This document shows, in pieces, positions 1-11,459 of a stretch of 64,000 nt of DNA. Position 1 is the stretch's first letter. Each line of letters opens with the position of its first letter. Origin of the DNA: Ramazzottius varieornatus (lineage: Eukaryota > Animalia > Tardigrada); NCBI GenBank assembly GCA_001949185.1, contig BDGG01000024.1:1-64000 (forward strand), in the 5' to 3' direction. The notes under the pieces were generated by a model. It was given only the letters and a program-made list of their open reading frames with translations. It ran no database searches and was not told where the DNA came from. Position numbers and translations under genes: made by a program.

Positions 1-2218
1 GGTGGCGCTACACTGGCGCACCATGCATCATCTTGCCAGAACCCCACTGTCATGAGTAAACACCTTCAACTTGGCGCATGGCAAAAAACTCATATCACTG
101 GTAACAAAAACCTAACCGCGGAATTTAAGGTCGGGCAAATAGCTAGAAAATAGCGCATGATGACTTTGCAGAAAAAAGAACTGAAACGTCGGAATGAACT
201 GAACAAGTTTGCTATCTCAAGTGGCACACGCTCCCACTGTTTTCTTTGCTGGTACTGCGCGCCTCTTGGGGAAACGATGTGGCTCAAGTCCTTTGCCGAC
301 GTCCCACTTGAGTTTAACTTCCGGGTGTGACGATGTGATCGTTGGTGGTGAGGACGCTCGCCGATCCGTTATAGCGACGGTAGGGGAACTTGGAGAAGGA
401 CTGGCCTTGCTGTGTACTAGGCAAATACACGTGTACAAGAAATTTTTCTCGTTGTCCAACTGGACCTTAGATTTTATCTTTCCAGAATACTTTGTCCACT
501 TGCGCACCGCTACCGAAGACAAGTACACGCACGGCGGGTAAATATGGGACAATAAAAATTATGGTACAGGCGGAAAGGACGGCAAAACTACATCTGCATA
601 CGAGCCAGAAGTGGAAATCGAGCATATGACGTAACGCAGTGAAATTTAACCGTTGAAAATTGTCATGGACAGTGCCCATCAGCCGATCAGCTGTTTGACT
701 TTTGCGCTTCGAGGCTGCGGATTGTTTATTTACTTTCTTCCAGAGACGCTCTCGTAAAGAATAGAGATGTCCCGGCAAAAAGAGATCTATCAACTGTTAT
801 AAACTAACAACTTCAGCTCCTTCGCTCAATATTCAGCACGTACGTACAGCGAAGCAGCCTTCAGTGCTGGTTTGTACTTGTAGTAAGAATCCCCTGCCCG
901 TGCCGCCGTAGCGAAAAGGCCTGTACCATGATTTTTAGTGTCCCGTAATTAGCCGCCGTGCGCGTACCTGGCCTATGGAGATGGTCGAGACGAGTACAAC
1001 AAGTTCCTCGATCTCTCGAAGAAGCCCCGTATTGCGAAAACACCCAAGTCAAAGCTTCCTGTCGAGCACCAGCTACCTGAGTTCGTCAGTCCCTTGATTC
1101 GAGAGCTGTTTGAGGCATTGATGCAGCGTAATGTTGTCCTTGACAGTGAGGGTAAGACCGGGAAGACTGCTCACTCGATCCACACAAGAACAAAGACATT
1201 CAGTCTGCTATGGCTGAGTATGTATTAGCATGATATATGCACCATATCCCGTTTTTGACACTCATTTGATTAACAGATTAAAGACAGCCATTAAAGAAGA
1301 CCCAGAATGCGTCCGCGCGCCTAAGAAGGGAAAGATTCTTGGCGCATTGGCAGAAAGTATCGGAAAGAGCTTTGACACGGTGAAGGATCACCTTAACAAG
1401 GTCGGATGAAGTGCCCGATAGGTTGTCCTAGTTGCTTTCCTTTCTTTCGCCATCAAAATGTTCCCATTCTGACGTCTTGCAGTGCGGGATTGATATATGC
1501 GGGACCGTCTTGTCGGCTGCTGCACTGGTCCATACAAAATTCGTTTTTCATGGTTTGTTGAAGGGGTAGAAGAATTGGCCTGCAGCTGGTTCGGCATGAC
1601 CGGCCTGCAGTAGGGCAGAACACTTGTCCAAGCCGAAAAGCACCACAATGGCCACAATTAAGCACATAGTTACGAATAAGAAGATCGGTCGCATGACAGA
1701 TGGCGAATCACACTGGTTATTTGGTCTCGGCGGTGGCGGTTGGGCAGCAGCACCTTCCTCTTCCGCCGATGTAGGCGGTGTGGACCATATCGGTCACCGG
1801 TCGAACTTTACGGGTCAACCATAATATCAGCTCCTCGGGCTTGAGCTGCATTCTTAGCGGTTATCGAGCGGAGAACACGTGGGAACTCAGTGGGATATGT
1901 TACGGTATGCGAAGAGATAGTTCCACGCGCAGCTGCATTTGGAAATGAATGCCAATACATAACGAATGAGATCCCGCTGTCCACTGTCCAGTGTCCAGCC
2001 ACTAAGCTGCCATTTCTTCTGCTTCGGCATGTCTCGGATTGCCTCTTGCTCAAAGTCAGCAATCTTCGGTAGGCAGGAAGTCAGCAAGAGCGAATTTTGT
2101 CCTTGTTTGCCCTCTACTCGCATTTCCTGTGTGGTCTTGTCGCTCGACGAAGGATGAAGACGAGATAAGCAGCGCAATGGTGACAATCATCAGGACCCAG
2201 GAGTGGCCCATACAATTC

Positions 2219-2375
2219 TAATTCTGTTTAGCAGTTAGGAATTCATAGTCTGGCGGTTTCGGGCCGGCAGGTGGGGTTAAGGTGCATTAAAAAATGCCGA
2301 AACGGTTCGGTTCGGATCGGCTCGGCTCGCCGCGCCGATACCACACATTTGGAGTTCGACTGCTAAACAGAATTA
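2219..2375. mobile_element. Short MITE-like element with 17-bp terminal inverted repeats
   Basis: TAATTCTGTTTAGCAGT at 2219 and its reverse complement ACTGCTAAACAGAATTA ending at 2375; no ORF. Confidence 0.6.
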
Positions 2376-2435
2376 TACTTGTTTGGGCCACCACTGTCAG
2401 GACCGATCATGTGATAGCTGAGTAGAGTGGTGGAC

Positions 2436-3105
2436 TAGTGATGTTCTAATATGGTAATATTATATTAAAGTAGATGATAGTAGATGGCTTGAGCATTTAC
2501 TATATTTAGTAATATTTAGTGAACAGAATTGGGCACCGCATTCTAAGATTTATAGTTTAGTGCTTGAGACCGGAAGTGCGATATTTTATCATTCTTAAGT
2601 TGTCCATCATATATAGTAAAATATAATTTAATAAAGGTAACGCTACCGCTGATTCGAAAAACTGTTTGATTTGCTGAGTTCTGATGCGTGTGCGTTGGTT
2701 TCTCAATGTGCGACCACGCCTTATAAAGTGCGCCACACCATAATGATGCCTCCACAGCAGCACAGTAGGGCTACTGCAAATAAATACCCTTAAACATCGG
2801 GCACCTGCATAGAGTCTGACACTTCAACCGGCCATTTTACAGTGTGCAGGTGCAGGGTGCAAGCTGTACTACAGTATTTTTGCTGATCTGATGGTTGTGA
2901 TTCTGAATCTCCAGAGCTTCCGTCGAGCTCTCCGATATTAAAATATATTTTAATAACAAACCCCCGAAAGTTCTACTATAGTAATATTTTATTGAATCAG
3001 GTAGACGTTTTACTATAGTAGTGGTCACTTATTAGAACATTGATGGACGGCGAATATTTATTTTTGTTATACTAGATCTCATTAACCCATATTAGAACAT
3101 CACTA
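2436..3105. mobile_element. Non-autonomous hAT element (MITE)
   Basis: TIRs TAGTGATGTTCTAATATGG / CCATATTAGAACATCACTA; perfect 8-bp TSD TGGTGGAC at 2428-2435 and 3106-3113; AT-rich interior. Confidence 0.85.
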
Positions 3106-3377
3106 TGGTGGACAGATGGGGGCTAGATAGGTTTCAACGAACATCAATGCGACGCCACTATCAGACTCCTCTGACTGTCCAAAGAATAAAATGATGGAGT
3201 TTTTGTTAAGAAATTCCACTGTTGATTTATTTGAAAAACTTTAAACCACAGTACAAGTAACCGCCAGCGCCATATAAAAATCGGAATTTAGGGAGAACCT
3301 GTGGTGGATCTGTAAAGGCTGTGTTTTATTCCAACGTATTTCTTCAGATCGTAAGCTACAGTCTGGAGGTACCAACC

Positions 3378-3896
3378 GGAACCTAGCGTCGATATCGCTG
3401 TCCTTGGCTTTGACTTGTCCGACGATGGTTCTGGCCGGTTCGTCTTCCAGGATACTCAACACCGGGCTTCGTTCAAAGAGCGGCACTTCGTCATTTTGAT
3501 CGATGACTTCGACGACGACATTGATGGTTTCATCCAGCTGTGGCTCCAGATCGTTCTTGGCCTGGATGGTCAAGTTGTACTTGGGCGTAGTCTCGTAGTC
3601 CAGCGGCTTGTAGACGACCAGTTCGGCAATGTCGTCACCCTTGTCGTCCTTCCTGCGAGTCAGCAAAAAGTGCTGGTCCTTGTTTCTATCGAGGGTGTTG
3701 CCGTTGAGCAGTTCGTAGAAGATGCGCTTGTTGGAGGGGATTTCGGAGATGGCCTTGAGGGTGGTGACGACGTAGTTGCGTTGGATCGTCTCGTTGATGG
3801 CGATGGACTTGGGCGCTTGCACCCACTTTGGCGGACGACTGGACACGTCCGTGATGCGAATCGTCACCGGCACTCTTCCACTCAACGAACGCTCAC
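3378..3896 (-). pseudogene. Cadherin gene fragment (extracellular cadherin repeats), 3' part
   Basis: Motifs LDYE, DQNDEVPLF, AKDSD; no downstream cadherin exons seen; continues the fragment at 15115-16072. Confidence 0.8.
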
Positions 3897-4182
3897 CTAC
3901 ACATCCCAAACGATTACTGAATGTTTCTAACATTTCCCAAACTGTATGCCAATATGTAGGACCTCGGCAAACAAATTTGACAAGATCGTTTTCCAAAGTG
4001 GCGCACGTTCCCAGTGTTAATCACTGAAAGCGTGCGCCACTTAGCAACGATCTTGTCGGGTTTGTTTGTGTTTCCAAGTGGCGCACCGTCACAGTGTTCG
4101 TAGCATGAAGTGTGCGCCACTTGGGAAAAACGCCTCTACTAGTTTTCCTGTAGAGTGTTTTTTCTACATTTTTTTGTAACCT
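3831..4182 (+). repeat. 352-bp direct repeat, copy 1 (copy 2 at 15115-15466)
   Basis: Appears identical by eye at a constant offset of 11284 bp. Confidence 0.9.
3996..4122. repeat. Two AAGTGGCGCAC-N25-GTGCGCCACTT palindromes in cadherin intron
   Basis: Units at 3996-4042 and 4076-4122, both with 25-bp spacers. Confidence 0.9.
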
Positions 4183-4243
4183 GTACTATCAGCGTGGGCG
4201 GAGCTCGCAGATTTTTTGCGTTATTCCGCTGGTGGGTTTCCAA

Positions 4244-4296
4244 CCAATCATGAAGTACGTTGGCTGAAGCCACGCCTACGAGATTTGGGTATAAAA
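4244..4296 (+). promoter_or_regulatory. Putative Pol II promoter (CCAAT and TATAAAA) of the small gene at 10084
   Basis: CCAATCA near 4244 and TATAAAA at 4290-4296; removing the two transposons places the ATG at 10084 about 85 bp downstream of the TATA box. Confidence 0.45.
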
Positions 4297-4673
4297 CCCG
4301 ACTGTTGAGTGGTCAGCTCGCCATTGTGGTTCTTCACTGGCCCTACTCAGAATTCAGATTTATTTAAATCCACAGATTTAGCTCAGCTAAATTCGCGTGC
4401 AGATTGGCCCATAGCCTAAATGTAGCCCGCCCATCGAGCTAAATCTAATGCACCGAAACAGGTCGATTTAGCTAAATCCAGCGGCGTAAATCCAGTTGTG
4501 ACGTCACATGGCTTACTGTTTTCCACCGAAAACAGCTGTTTTGCACTCGTCACCCGGTACTTCAGAGACGTGTTCTGGCGCGAAGACGGAAACATTTTCA
4601 ACGTTAGTTTCATGATACTTTTATTTTGATTCACTTTATGTTAGGTCGCTGAAGTTCGTTTTTTCTTTCGGAA

Positions 4674-7001
4674 ATGTCTTCTTGCGACGCTCCTTCGATA
4701 CTCTACAGAGGACAGCTGCTTCCTAAACCAGCAGTTCAGCAAGTTCTTGTACAAAGTAGGATGGCAGAAAAGTGTACGGTTCAAGCCACGAAGAGGGAAG
4801 GATGGACTAAGCAAGCAGAAGAAAGCCTCCTCCAGTGGTTAGAAACACCTGGAAACTACGACAAGTTTCGGTCTGCTCCGCAAGACAAAGGAGATGGAAG
4901 GAAGAGAACTAGCTCCAACACCAGGATGGACATCACGCGGAAGATCGTGGAGCATCTTGCAAAGTCGGGTGCTGTAAAGACGGAAAAACAAGTAACCACT
5001 AAAGTCCATAACCTTGTTGGGAAATGAAAGAGGCTCATNNNNNNNNNNNNNNNNNNNNNNNNNNNNNNNNNNNNNNNNNNNNNNNNNNACGTTTGCGCGT
5101 TCGCGAGTTTTCGTAACCGTATGCAGGTTGTGAACCCCATCCAGAGCCCATGCGTTGTGAAGCAGAATGTGTCTAACGTTGACACCTACACCAGCCAGCG
5201 GAGGGAACGTCTTCCTTTTGATTATTCTGGCTAGAGTAGTATGAAACGACCATGCCAGCGCCACATCCAGTATGTTGCAGTCTTTTATATGCGGCCACTC
5301 TTTCCAGTTGAGCTGCAGAACGGTAGTTCGGACGGTCAGCAGTTTGTATAGGCGATTTAGTTCGTATATAGCATGATAATAGAATACTGAAGGCTCGCCG
5401 GCCTCCCTCATTTGCTCCCGAACGTCGGGAAAGGATGTGAACTCGAACTCTGCATGTACACCGGCTGGTGAGGCCAAGATGTCCAGCCGAACAACTTTTT
5501 GCAGTCTGGTGCTGGACAACGCCTTCTGCCAGCTTTTCGATACCCTGTGAATTTTTGCATCAATCGGTCAAACCGCAAATATTTTAAAAAGGTAATATGA
5601 CGATTTTACACAGCAAGTGCGTACCGGGACAGTCGACGCTGGTGTGTGGATTCCACTTCAAAAAATATCTCATACATTATTTCCTCCGGTAGGTCCGATA
5701 ACGAGAATAAACGGGCAGGGTGCCTTCCTAGATGGTTGTCAGGTAATGAATTCTGCGCTAATGGCGTTTCCATAATGCAGATAAATGGACTCAAAAAACG
5801 ATTGAAGCTCTTCTGGTGTCGAAAGACTGTGTAAAATGCATAGACGAAGAAGGCGCTAGAAATAAGCAATCCCTGCTTAGGCGAGGTATCGTGTATGAAT
5901 AATATTGTTACGCTTCTCGTACTGAACCAGCTCGATGAAGCGAAGTAATGACAAGGGTACTGGCGAAGTTGGCCTCTCTCTGTCTCAGGCAAGTCATGCA
6001 TAATTGCAAATTATCCTTCGAAATGCCTCCTGCAGATAGCAGAAGGAAGCAGCTGTTCCAGGCCTTTGTTTGACTCTTGCCATAGTACGACCGAAGCAGC
6101 GACATGAGGCGCGTCTAATGTCGCTGCTTCGGTCGTACTACAGTATGCTCTTGCCAAAGTGGTCCTCCATGAGCGGTAGACTATAGCCAGTCTACAGTAT
6201 AATATAGGGAAGATCGCTCTTCTCTCTATGAACCAGGAACCTGACCCAGCTCGACGCTCTCACCGCGATGGAAGGAAACGACGCCAGTTCCACCAGGACA
6301 TGGATAAAGTGTATGATGCCTCGGAGGAATATGAGAAGACTCTCCCAGCTCCCAAGCCTTCTTGACCAATAATCATTCCTTTTGAATAACGGACGATATT
6401 AGTATCTCGCTGTACTACAAACTCACCGTCCAAATATATAATTAAGCTGCTTTTGTGAGCTGAATATTCTGGTTGGAAATTAAGCTGAACCTTGCACGAT
6501 CAAAGCTGGCATGTAAGCAAATCTTATTCTTCCTTTCACCCTCCGAAGATCGAGGAGGCCGTTGACTGGATTGTCGAGGCTGAAAATAAATTTATCTGTC
6601 TGACAGTCTATGCACCATGACTTGCATCTTTACTGCTGTCTCATAGTTAGCCTGTCTGCATAGTTAGAGCAAAGCCATTCTTGGTCGGGATCATCATTTC
6701 TTGTCCCCGATCGACAGCAGTCCACAAAATATGCTTCTCATCAGTCACTAACAATTGACGGAGAAGGTTGCGCATTTNNNNNNNNNNNNNNNNNNNNNNN
6801 NNNNNNNNNNNNNNNNNNNNNNNNNNNAAAGAAAAAGAACTGAGACTGAACGAACAGCGACAGAAAGATGATCACGAGACGAAGATGGAAGAGCTCAGAA
6901 TTCGACACCAAGAGATTGATCTACGCAAAGCCGAAATGGAATTCAAACGGACGGAGATGCTTCTAGAGTTGGAGAGATTGAAGCAGCAGCGTTTACAGTA
7001 G
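4674..7001 (+). CDS. Harbinger accessory Myb/SANT-like protein, interrupted by assembly gaps
   Basis: N-terminal WTKQAEESLLQWLE...KTEKQVTTKV (4674-5027) and C-terminal coiled coil (6828-7001); middle missing. Confidence 0.65.
5089..6777 (+). repeat. Near-identical copy of 17914-19598 (5' part of the F-box gene), bounded by N gaps
   Basis: Same sequence with a few SNPs and one small indel; probably a misplaced allelic contig. Confidence 0.85.
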
Positions 7002-7259
7002 TGGTTTCCACCATGAACACCAAGACACGAAAGTTAGGAAATTAGACTTCTTACTTTTTGCTAAACCAAAAAATCCAACTTTCTAATTCTAATCGCTATT
7101 GAGACTTGAAATCGAAGTGAACTGGACTGAATCGAATACGTTTTTCTGGAATAAACGAACTGTTGATATTTTCTTTCTTCCAGAGCATCGATCGTTGGAG
7201 AAACGTTCTCTGAATCATGAAATGATACGAAAAATTAGCTTTCATGATTCCATTTAAAT

Positions 7260-8507
7260 TTACTGCCATCTTAAGACATATTGCTTGATTCTTTCTCGTT
7301 TGGTTGAACCTCGTTCAGTCGCTACCGCTTGTTGATTCGGGTTTGGAATCGGGCCGTCATCACCATCATCTTCCACTGTCCACTCTTCATCATATTCGTC
7401 GTCCAGAAGCATATTATGTAGCATGCAACACGTTCTGATCCAGTACACAGCGAATTCGTGATCTTTCTTATTCTTGATTCTTAGTCGCAAGGCTTTTGAA
7501 CTTTGGAAACGGCCTTTGAGCATTCCAATAGTCTGTTCCACGATAACCCTAGCCTGACTATGAGCTGTGTTGAAAGCCGTGTTCTCGTGACTGTTGGCCA
7601 GGGGTTTCTTGAACGTCGGGACTATAATATCCGATACGGGATAGGCGCTGTCAGCAAGCAGATATTCATGACCAGAAAAATATTTGAATGGATTCAGAGC
7701 TAGCTTCGAATACATGAACACTCTGTGATCATGAGAACAGCCTGGGAAACCAGCGAAAACATGACGGATGCGTTTCAGATCATCGCAGACGATCATGGCA
7801 TTAATGGCAAAGCTACCTTTCCGCGTGTAGTAATCTTCCCCACACATGGATGGAGCTTCCTGTAAACCAATTAGTGACCCGTCAACATATCCGAGGCAGT
7901 GGGGAAACCCTTGGTTTTTTTCGATACGAGCTTTGATGGTAGCTCGCTCGCTCGTGTTAGGCCAAGTAACGACAGTCTTTTCCAGCGAGAGTAACGCGTA
8001 CATCACTCTTTCGGTGTAAAGGCTCACAGTGCCCTCTCCAATTCCCAAACGCGATCCAGCAGTCCATAAAGACGAAGCGGAACCGTCGAATCCAAACCGC
8101 GACAATGCTACCATAAGCTGATCAGGCACAGGAGCCTGTTCGTGATGACTCTTGTTCCTGAAGACAATGTGAGAGCCTATTTTGTCCACAACAGCGAAAA
8201 ATGCTTGCCTGGTCATTCGGGCGTTTCTCTTGAAGGTCAGCTCATCTGACTGGAATATCAGGTAGGCTAACTCTTTCGTTTTTGGTGAGTTCACTCGCGC
8301 GGAAAGGTAACGGCTTTGAGTGGCGAAATATCGAACGACAGCTATCTTGATTTCTTCATCATCTTCCGAACTGCTGCCATCAGTTTCGCACAACATCTCA
8401 TCCTCTTCGTCGCTACTAGAATCCAGAACATCATGAAGCACAAGATCTGTCAGAATTTTGACGTCGACTGACCGAACAAGTTCTTTACGGTTAACTAGAC
8501 GAGGCAT
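7260..8507 (-). CDS. Harbinger (HARBI1-like) DDE transposase, intact 415 aa
   Basis: Motifs GYVDGSLI, GCSHDHRVF, LADSAY, RVIVEQTIGMLKGRF, CCMLHN. Confidence 0.92.
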   Translation of the reverse strand: MPRLVNRKELVRSVDVKILTDLVLHDVLDSSSDEEDEMLCETDGSSSEDDEEIKIAVVRYFATQSRYLSARVNSPKTKELAYLIFQSDELTFKRNARMTRQAFFAVVDKIGSHIVFRNKSHHEQAPVPDQLMVALSRFGFDGSASSLWTAGSRLGIGEGTVSLYTERVMYALLSLEKTVVTWPNTSERATIKARIEKNQGFPHCLGYVDGSLIGLQEAPSMCGEDYYTRKGSFAINAMIVCDDLKRIRHVFAGFPGCSHDHRVFMYSKLALNPFKYFSGHEYLLADSAYPVSDIIVPTFKKPLANSHENTAFNTAHSQARVIVEQTIGMLKGRFQSSKALRLRIKNKKDHEFAVYWIRTCCMLHNMLLDDEYDEEWTVEDDGDDGPIPNPNQQAVATERGSTKRERIKQYVLRWQ

Positions 8508-8781
8508 GGTCGAACTGCTAGTAAGTGAGCGAGAAACAGAAAACTAAACTTTGTCACAGCTGGAAATTCGAGATGCATTCTCGGTGACGTCACCTTGGAA
8601 TCTACGTCATTGAATCGCTACCGTGATTTAGCCGTTATTTCGGCACTCAGAATTCAGGTCGTAAATTGGCTGTCTGATTGGTGGATTTCGCTAAATCAAG
8701 ATCCAACTAAATAAGCCTGATTTAGATAAATCTGAATTCTGAGTAGGGCCACTTGAAATCTCTCTTGCTTTCGTAGTTGTA

Positions 8782-10067
8782 TCAGGTGATAAGGTATGAC
8801 TTGTCGGCCACCAACATAAAATTTTATTACAACTTTCCCCAGTTTGAATCTAATCCTTTTCAATCGAAGTATTCACCATTACTATCGACACACTTTTGCC
8901 ATTTTTCCGGTAGACAAGATAGGCCTTTACGGAAGAAGTCGAGAGAAAGAGAACCGGCGAAGTTCTCGAAGGCACTTTTCACAGCTTCTTCGGAATTAAA
9001 TTTTCTTCCTCTCAAAAAGTTATCAAAATTCAAAAAGAAGTGATAATCTGTTGGAGCTAAGTCAGGACTGTATGGTGGATGAGGAAGAGTTTCCAGACCG
9101 AGCTCGCGTAATTTGGCATAAGTCTTTTTCGCGGAGTGAGCTTTTGCGTTGTCGTGTAGCAGCAGGGGCTTGTCACGATTGACCAACTTTGGTTGCTTGA
9201 CGGTCAGCTTCTTCATCATTTCCTCCAGTTCCAGAGAGTAGTAGTCTGCTACTATTGTTCTGCCAGGAGGAAGAAAGTCATAGTGCACTATCCCTTCCAT
9301 TGTCCACCAAACAGTAACCATGATCTTGCGTTGGTGAAGCTCAGGCTTTGGAATAGTTTTCGGGACTTCACCTGGGCTCAAAATTACCTTCTTCCGCTTC
9401 CGGTTGTTGTAAAGAATCCACTTCTCATCACACGTAACAATTCGATGCAGGAAAGGTTCGTTTCTGGAACGGTTGAGGAGAGAAAGACACACGTCCACAC
9501 GATGCCTTTTCTGGAGTGCGCTAAGTTGATGAGGTACCCACTTTTCCAACTTTTTCACCTTACCGATCTGACGAAGGTGCAAATCGATAGTCACGGGTGA
9601 TACGTTGAAGTGTTGAGACAATACGGCAGACGTTTGGGAAGGATCGGACTCCACCAGCTTTCTCAGCTCGTCGTTGTTCACTTTCAGTTTTGGCCTTCCG
9701 TGAGGGTGATCTTCGAGACTGAAATCTCCCGAACGGAAACGAGCATACCATCGTTCCACCGTACGTTCGTTAGTGGCGTCTTCACCAAACACATTGTTGA
9801 TATTCCGGGCTGTCTGTGCTGCGTTGGTGCCGCGACGAAATTCATACTCGAAAATAGTCCGTAACTTGCTCTTGTCCATGGGCGCGCCAATAACTCCACA
9901 GAGAGGGCAGAAGCAACAAACTAACATAAACGAAGCAGCGAAAGATAGTAGACGAACACTAGCATCGACACAAAAAAAACCGAGACGAAACGATCGCGCT
10001 AAAAGAGAGATATGGATTTTTCAATGTAAGACTGGTGTGAGCCGACAAGTTATACCTTATCACCTGA
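8782..10067. mobile_element. Full-length mariner transposon, 1286 bp
   Basis: 27-bp TIRs TCAGGTGATAAGGTATRACTTGTCGGC with 1 mismatch; TA TSDs at 8780-8781 and 10068-10069. Confidence 0.95.
8860..9879 (-). CDS. Mariner D,D34D transposase (Hsmar1-like), intact 339 aa
   Basis: Motifs WVPHQL, TCDEKW, LHDNA, YSPDLAPTDY. Confidence 0.95.
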   Translation of the reverse strand: MDKSKLRTIFEYEFRRGTNAAQTARNINNVFGEDATNERTVERWYARFRSGDFSLEDHPHGRPKLKVNNDELRKLVESDPSQTSAVLSQHFNVSPVTIDLHLRQIGKVKKLEKWVPHQLSALQKRHRVDVCLSLLNRSRNEPFLHRIVTCDEKWILYNNRKRKKVILSPGEVPKTIPKPELHQRKIMVTVWWTMEGIVHYDFLPPGRTIVADYYSLELEEMMKKLTVKQPKLVNRDKPLLLHDNAKAHSAKKTYAKLRELGLETLPHPPYSPDLAPTDYHFFLNFDNFLRGRKFNSEEAVKSAFENFAGSLSLDFFRKGLSCLPEKWQKCVDSNGEYFD

Positions 10068-10083
10068 TACTAGCGTATTCACG

Positions 10084-10667
10084 ATGAATTTCATCAGAGC
10101 TCCTCATATGGTGAGCATTCTGGTACCTCATTTGTGTATTCTAGTTTTACTTCCTGGTACTCCAGTTTCTGATTTCTGTGTTGTTTTTTGCAGCATCCTG
10201 ACCTCGGTACCCTCCAGTGTTCCGTGTGTGGGCCGGAGTTCGAAGTAGCTCTCCCCGTCACCAGCAACAATCGGAAGAAGGCGGAAAACATCCTGGACCA
10301 CATCCGCTCGCACACCACCCTCATTGCCATCCAGACCCAATGTTGTGGAGAGTTCCTGGTTCCTGCCATCAAGCAAGCCTATTTCCAACCCCGCTGTCCT
10401 CACGTCAACACTGACAAAGGTAAGAGCCGGCTCTTTTACCTCAATGGATTCCTCGTCTCATTGATTGGGTCGGTGATTGATGTGTTGGTTTCTGTGTTTG
10501 CAGTGGTGGTGGGTGGTGATCTGCAGGAGCGGAGAGGGATCGAACAGGATCAAGCAGGGAAGGGACAAGCCTGGATTGGACAAGCTCATGCAGGGATTGG
10601 TCCTTTCGGAGGAGGAGGAGGAGGAGAAGCCAACCAGCTTCCCCAAGATTTCCCTGCTTTTCATTAG
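10084..10667 (+). CDS. Small 3-exon Cys/His (zinc-finger-like) protein with Gly/Gln-rich tail
   Basis: Exons 10084-10110, 10194-10419, 10504-10667 with phase-consistent GT-AG introns; CSVC...HIRSH plus CC...CPH. Confidence 0.5.
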
Positions 10668-11459
10668 TTGATTAGTTTATTGTACATTTTGATTTGAGAA
10701 TAGGTTTTGGTAGAACCCTTTGAATTCGACCGTGATTTTCATTGTTTTCCATGTTATTTAACACTGTGGTTACATGAGAAACAACGTGCGCAGACGTGAA
10801 TTTTTGCTCGCCTTCCATCAGGGTTTCTTTCATTGAGGGAATTGGGACTGAAAAACGAGATCCTCATCACTGCAGAGCAGTACTTCGCCGTCCGCAAACA
10901 ACGGCGTGCCAAAATGCGGCTGACTTAGCAGTTACTGCAGAGAGTTGAAGAGCATCCATCAGTATTTATGCCGAAGGTTGAGGAATCGAGTCTTAATCTG
11001 GCTTTCTCGAAGCATGAATTGCGGGAGTACTGTGATCCTATTAGTGCTACAGTTTCCTTCTGTTTCGGTCGTATGGTCGATGACGTACTGAACATCCGCT
11101 CCGCTTCGATATTCGTATAGAGCAATCAATCACAGTGATTGCGACGTCAGCTTCCGCTGAGACCGGTGGTCGAGCAGTCTTTTCAAATGGTACATTTTTC
11201 TTCGACGTTGATTCGTGAAGTCACCCGCCTGTTTAGCCAGGTCTGGTAAAGGTGACTCAGCGCTTTTCTGCACAGCTGCCTGACTGCTGTAATGCACTAA
11301 ATGCACGCGTTGGCCTGCTATTGCCGTTTATGACGACAGCATTTAGGCGGGCAATACCGTGGAATTCCATACCAGTGCACGATCGAGATAATCCACGCTC
11401 AGTAAACGTCTGACAGGCTGCAGCGAAGTGTACAAACAGCTATAAAAAATCCTACCCTA

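Larger units (their letters stand above)
4339..8750. mobile_element. PIF/Harbinger-superfamily DNA transposon
   Basis: 32-bp TIRs GGCCCTACTCAGAATTCAGATTTATYTAAATC with 1 mismatch; 3-bp TSD ACT; convergent Myb-like and DDE transposase genes; subterminal GATTTAGCTAAATC palindromes. Confidence 0.92.

Noticed and set aside
1-2200. Possible exons of degraded genes
   Set aside because: Stop-interrupted frames with no recognisable family; could not be assigned.
5089-6777. F-box gene captured inside the Harbinger element
   Set aside because: It is bounded on both sides by 50-N gaps and nearly identical to 17914-19598, so it is most likely a scaffolding or haplotig artefact.
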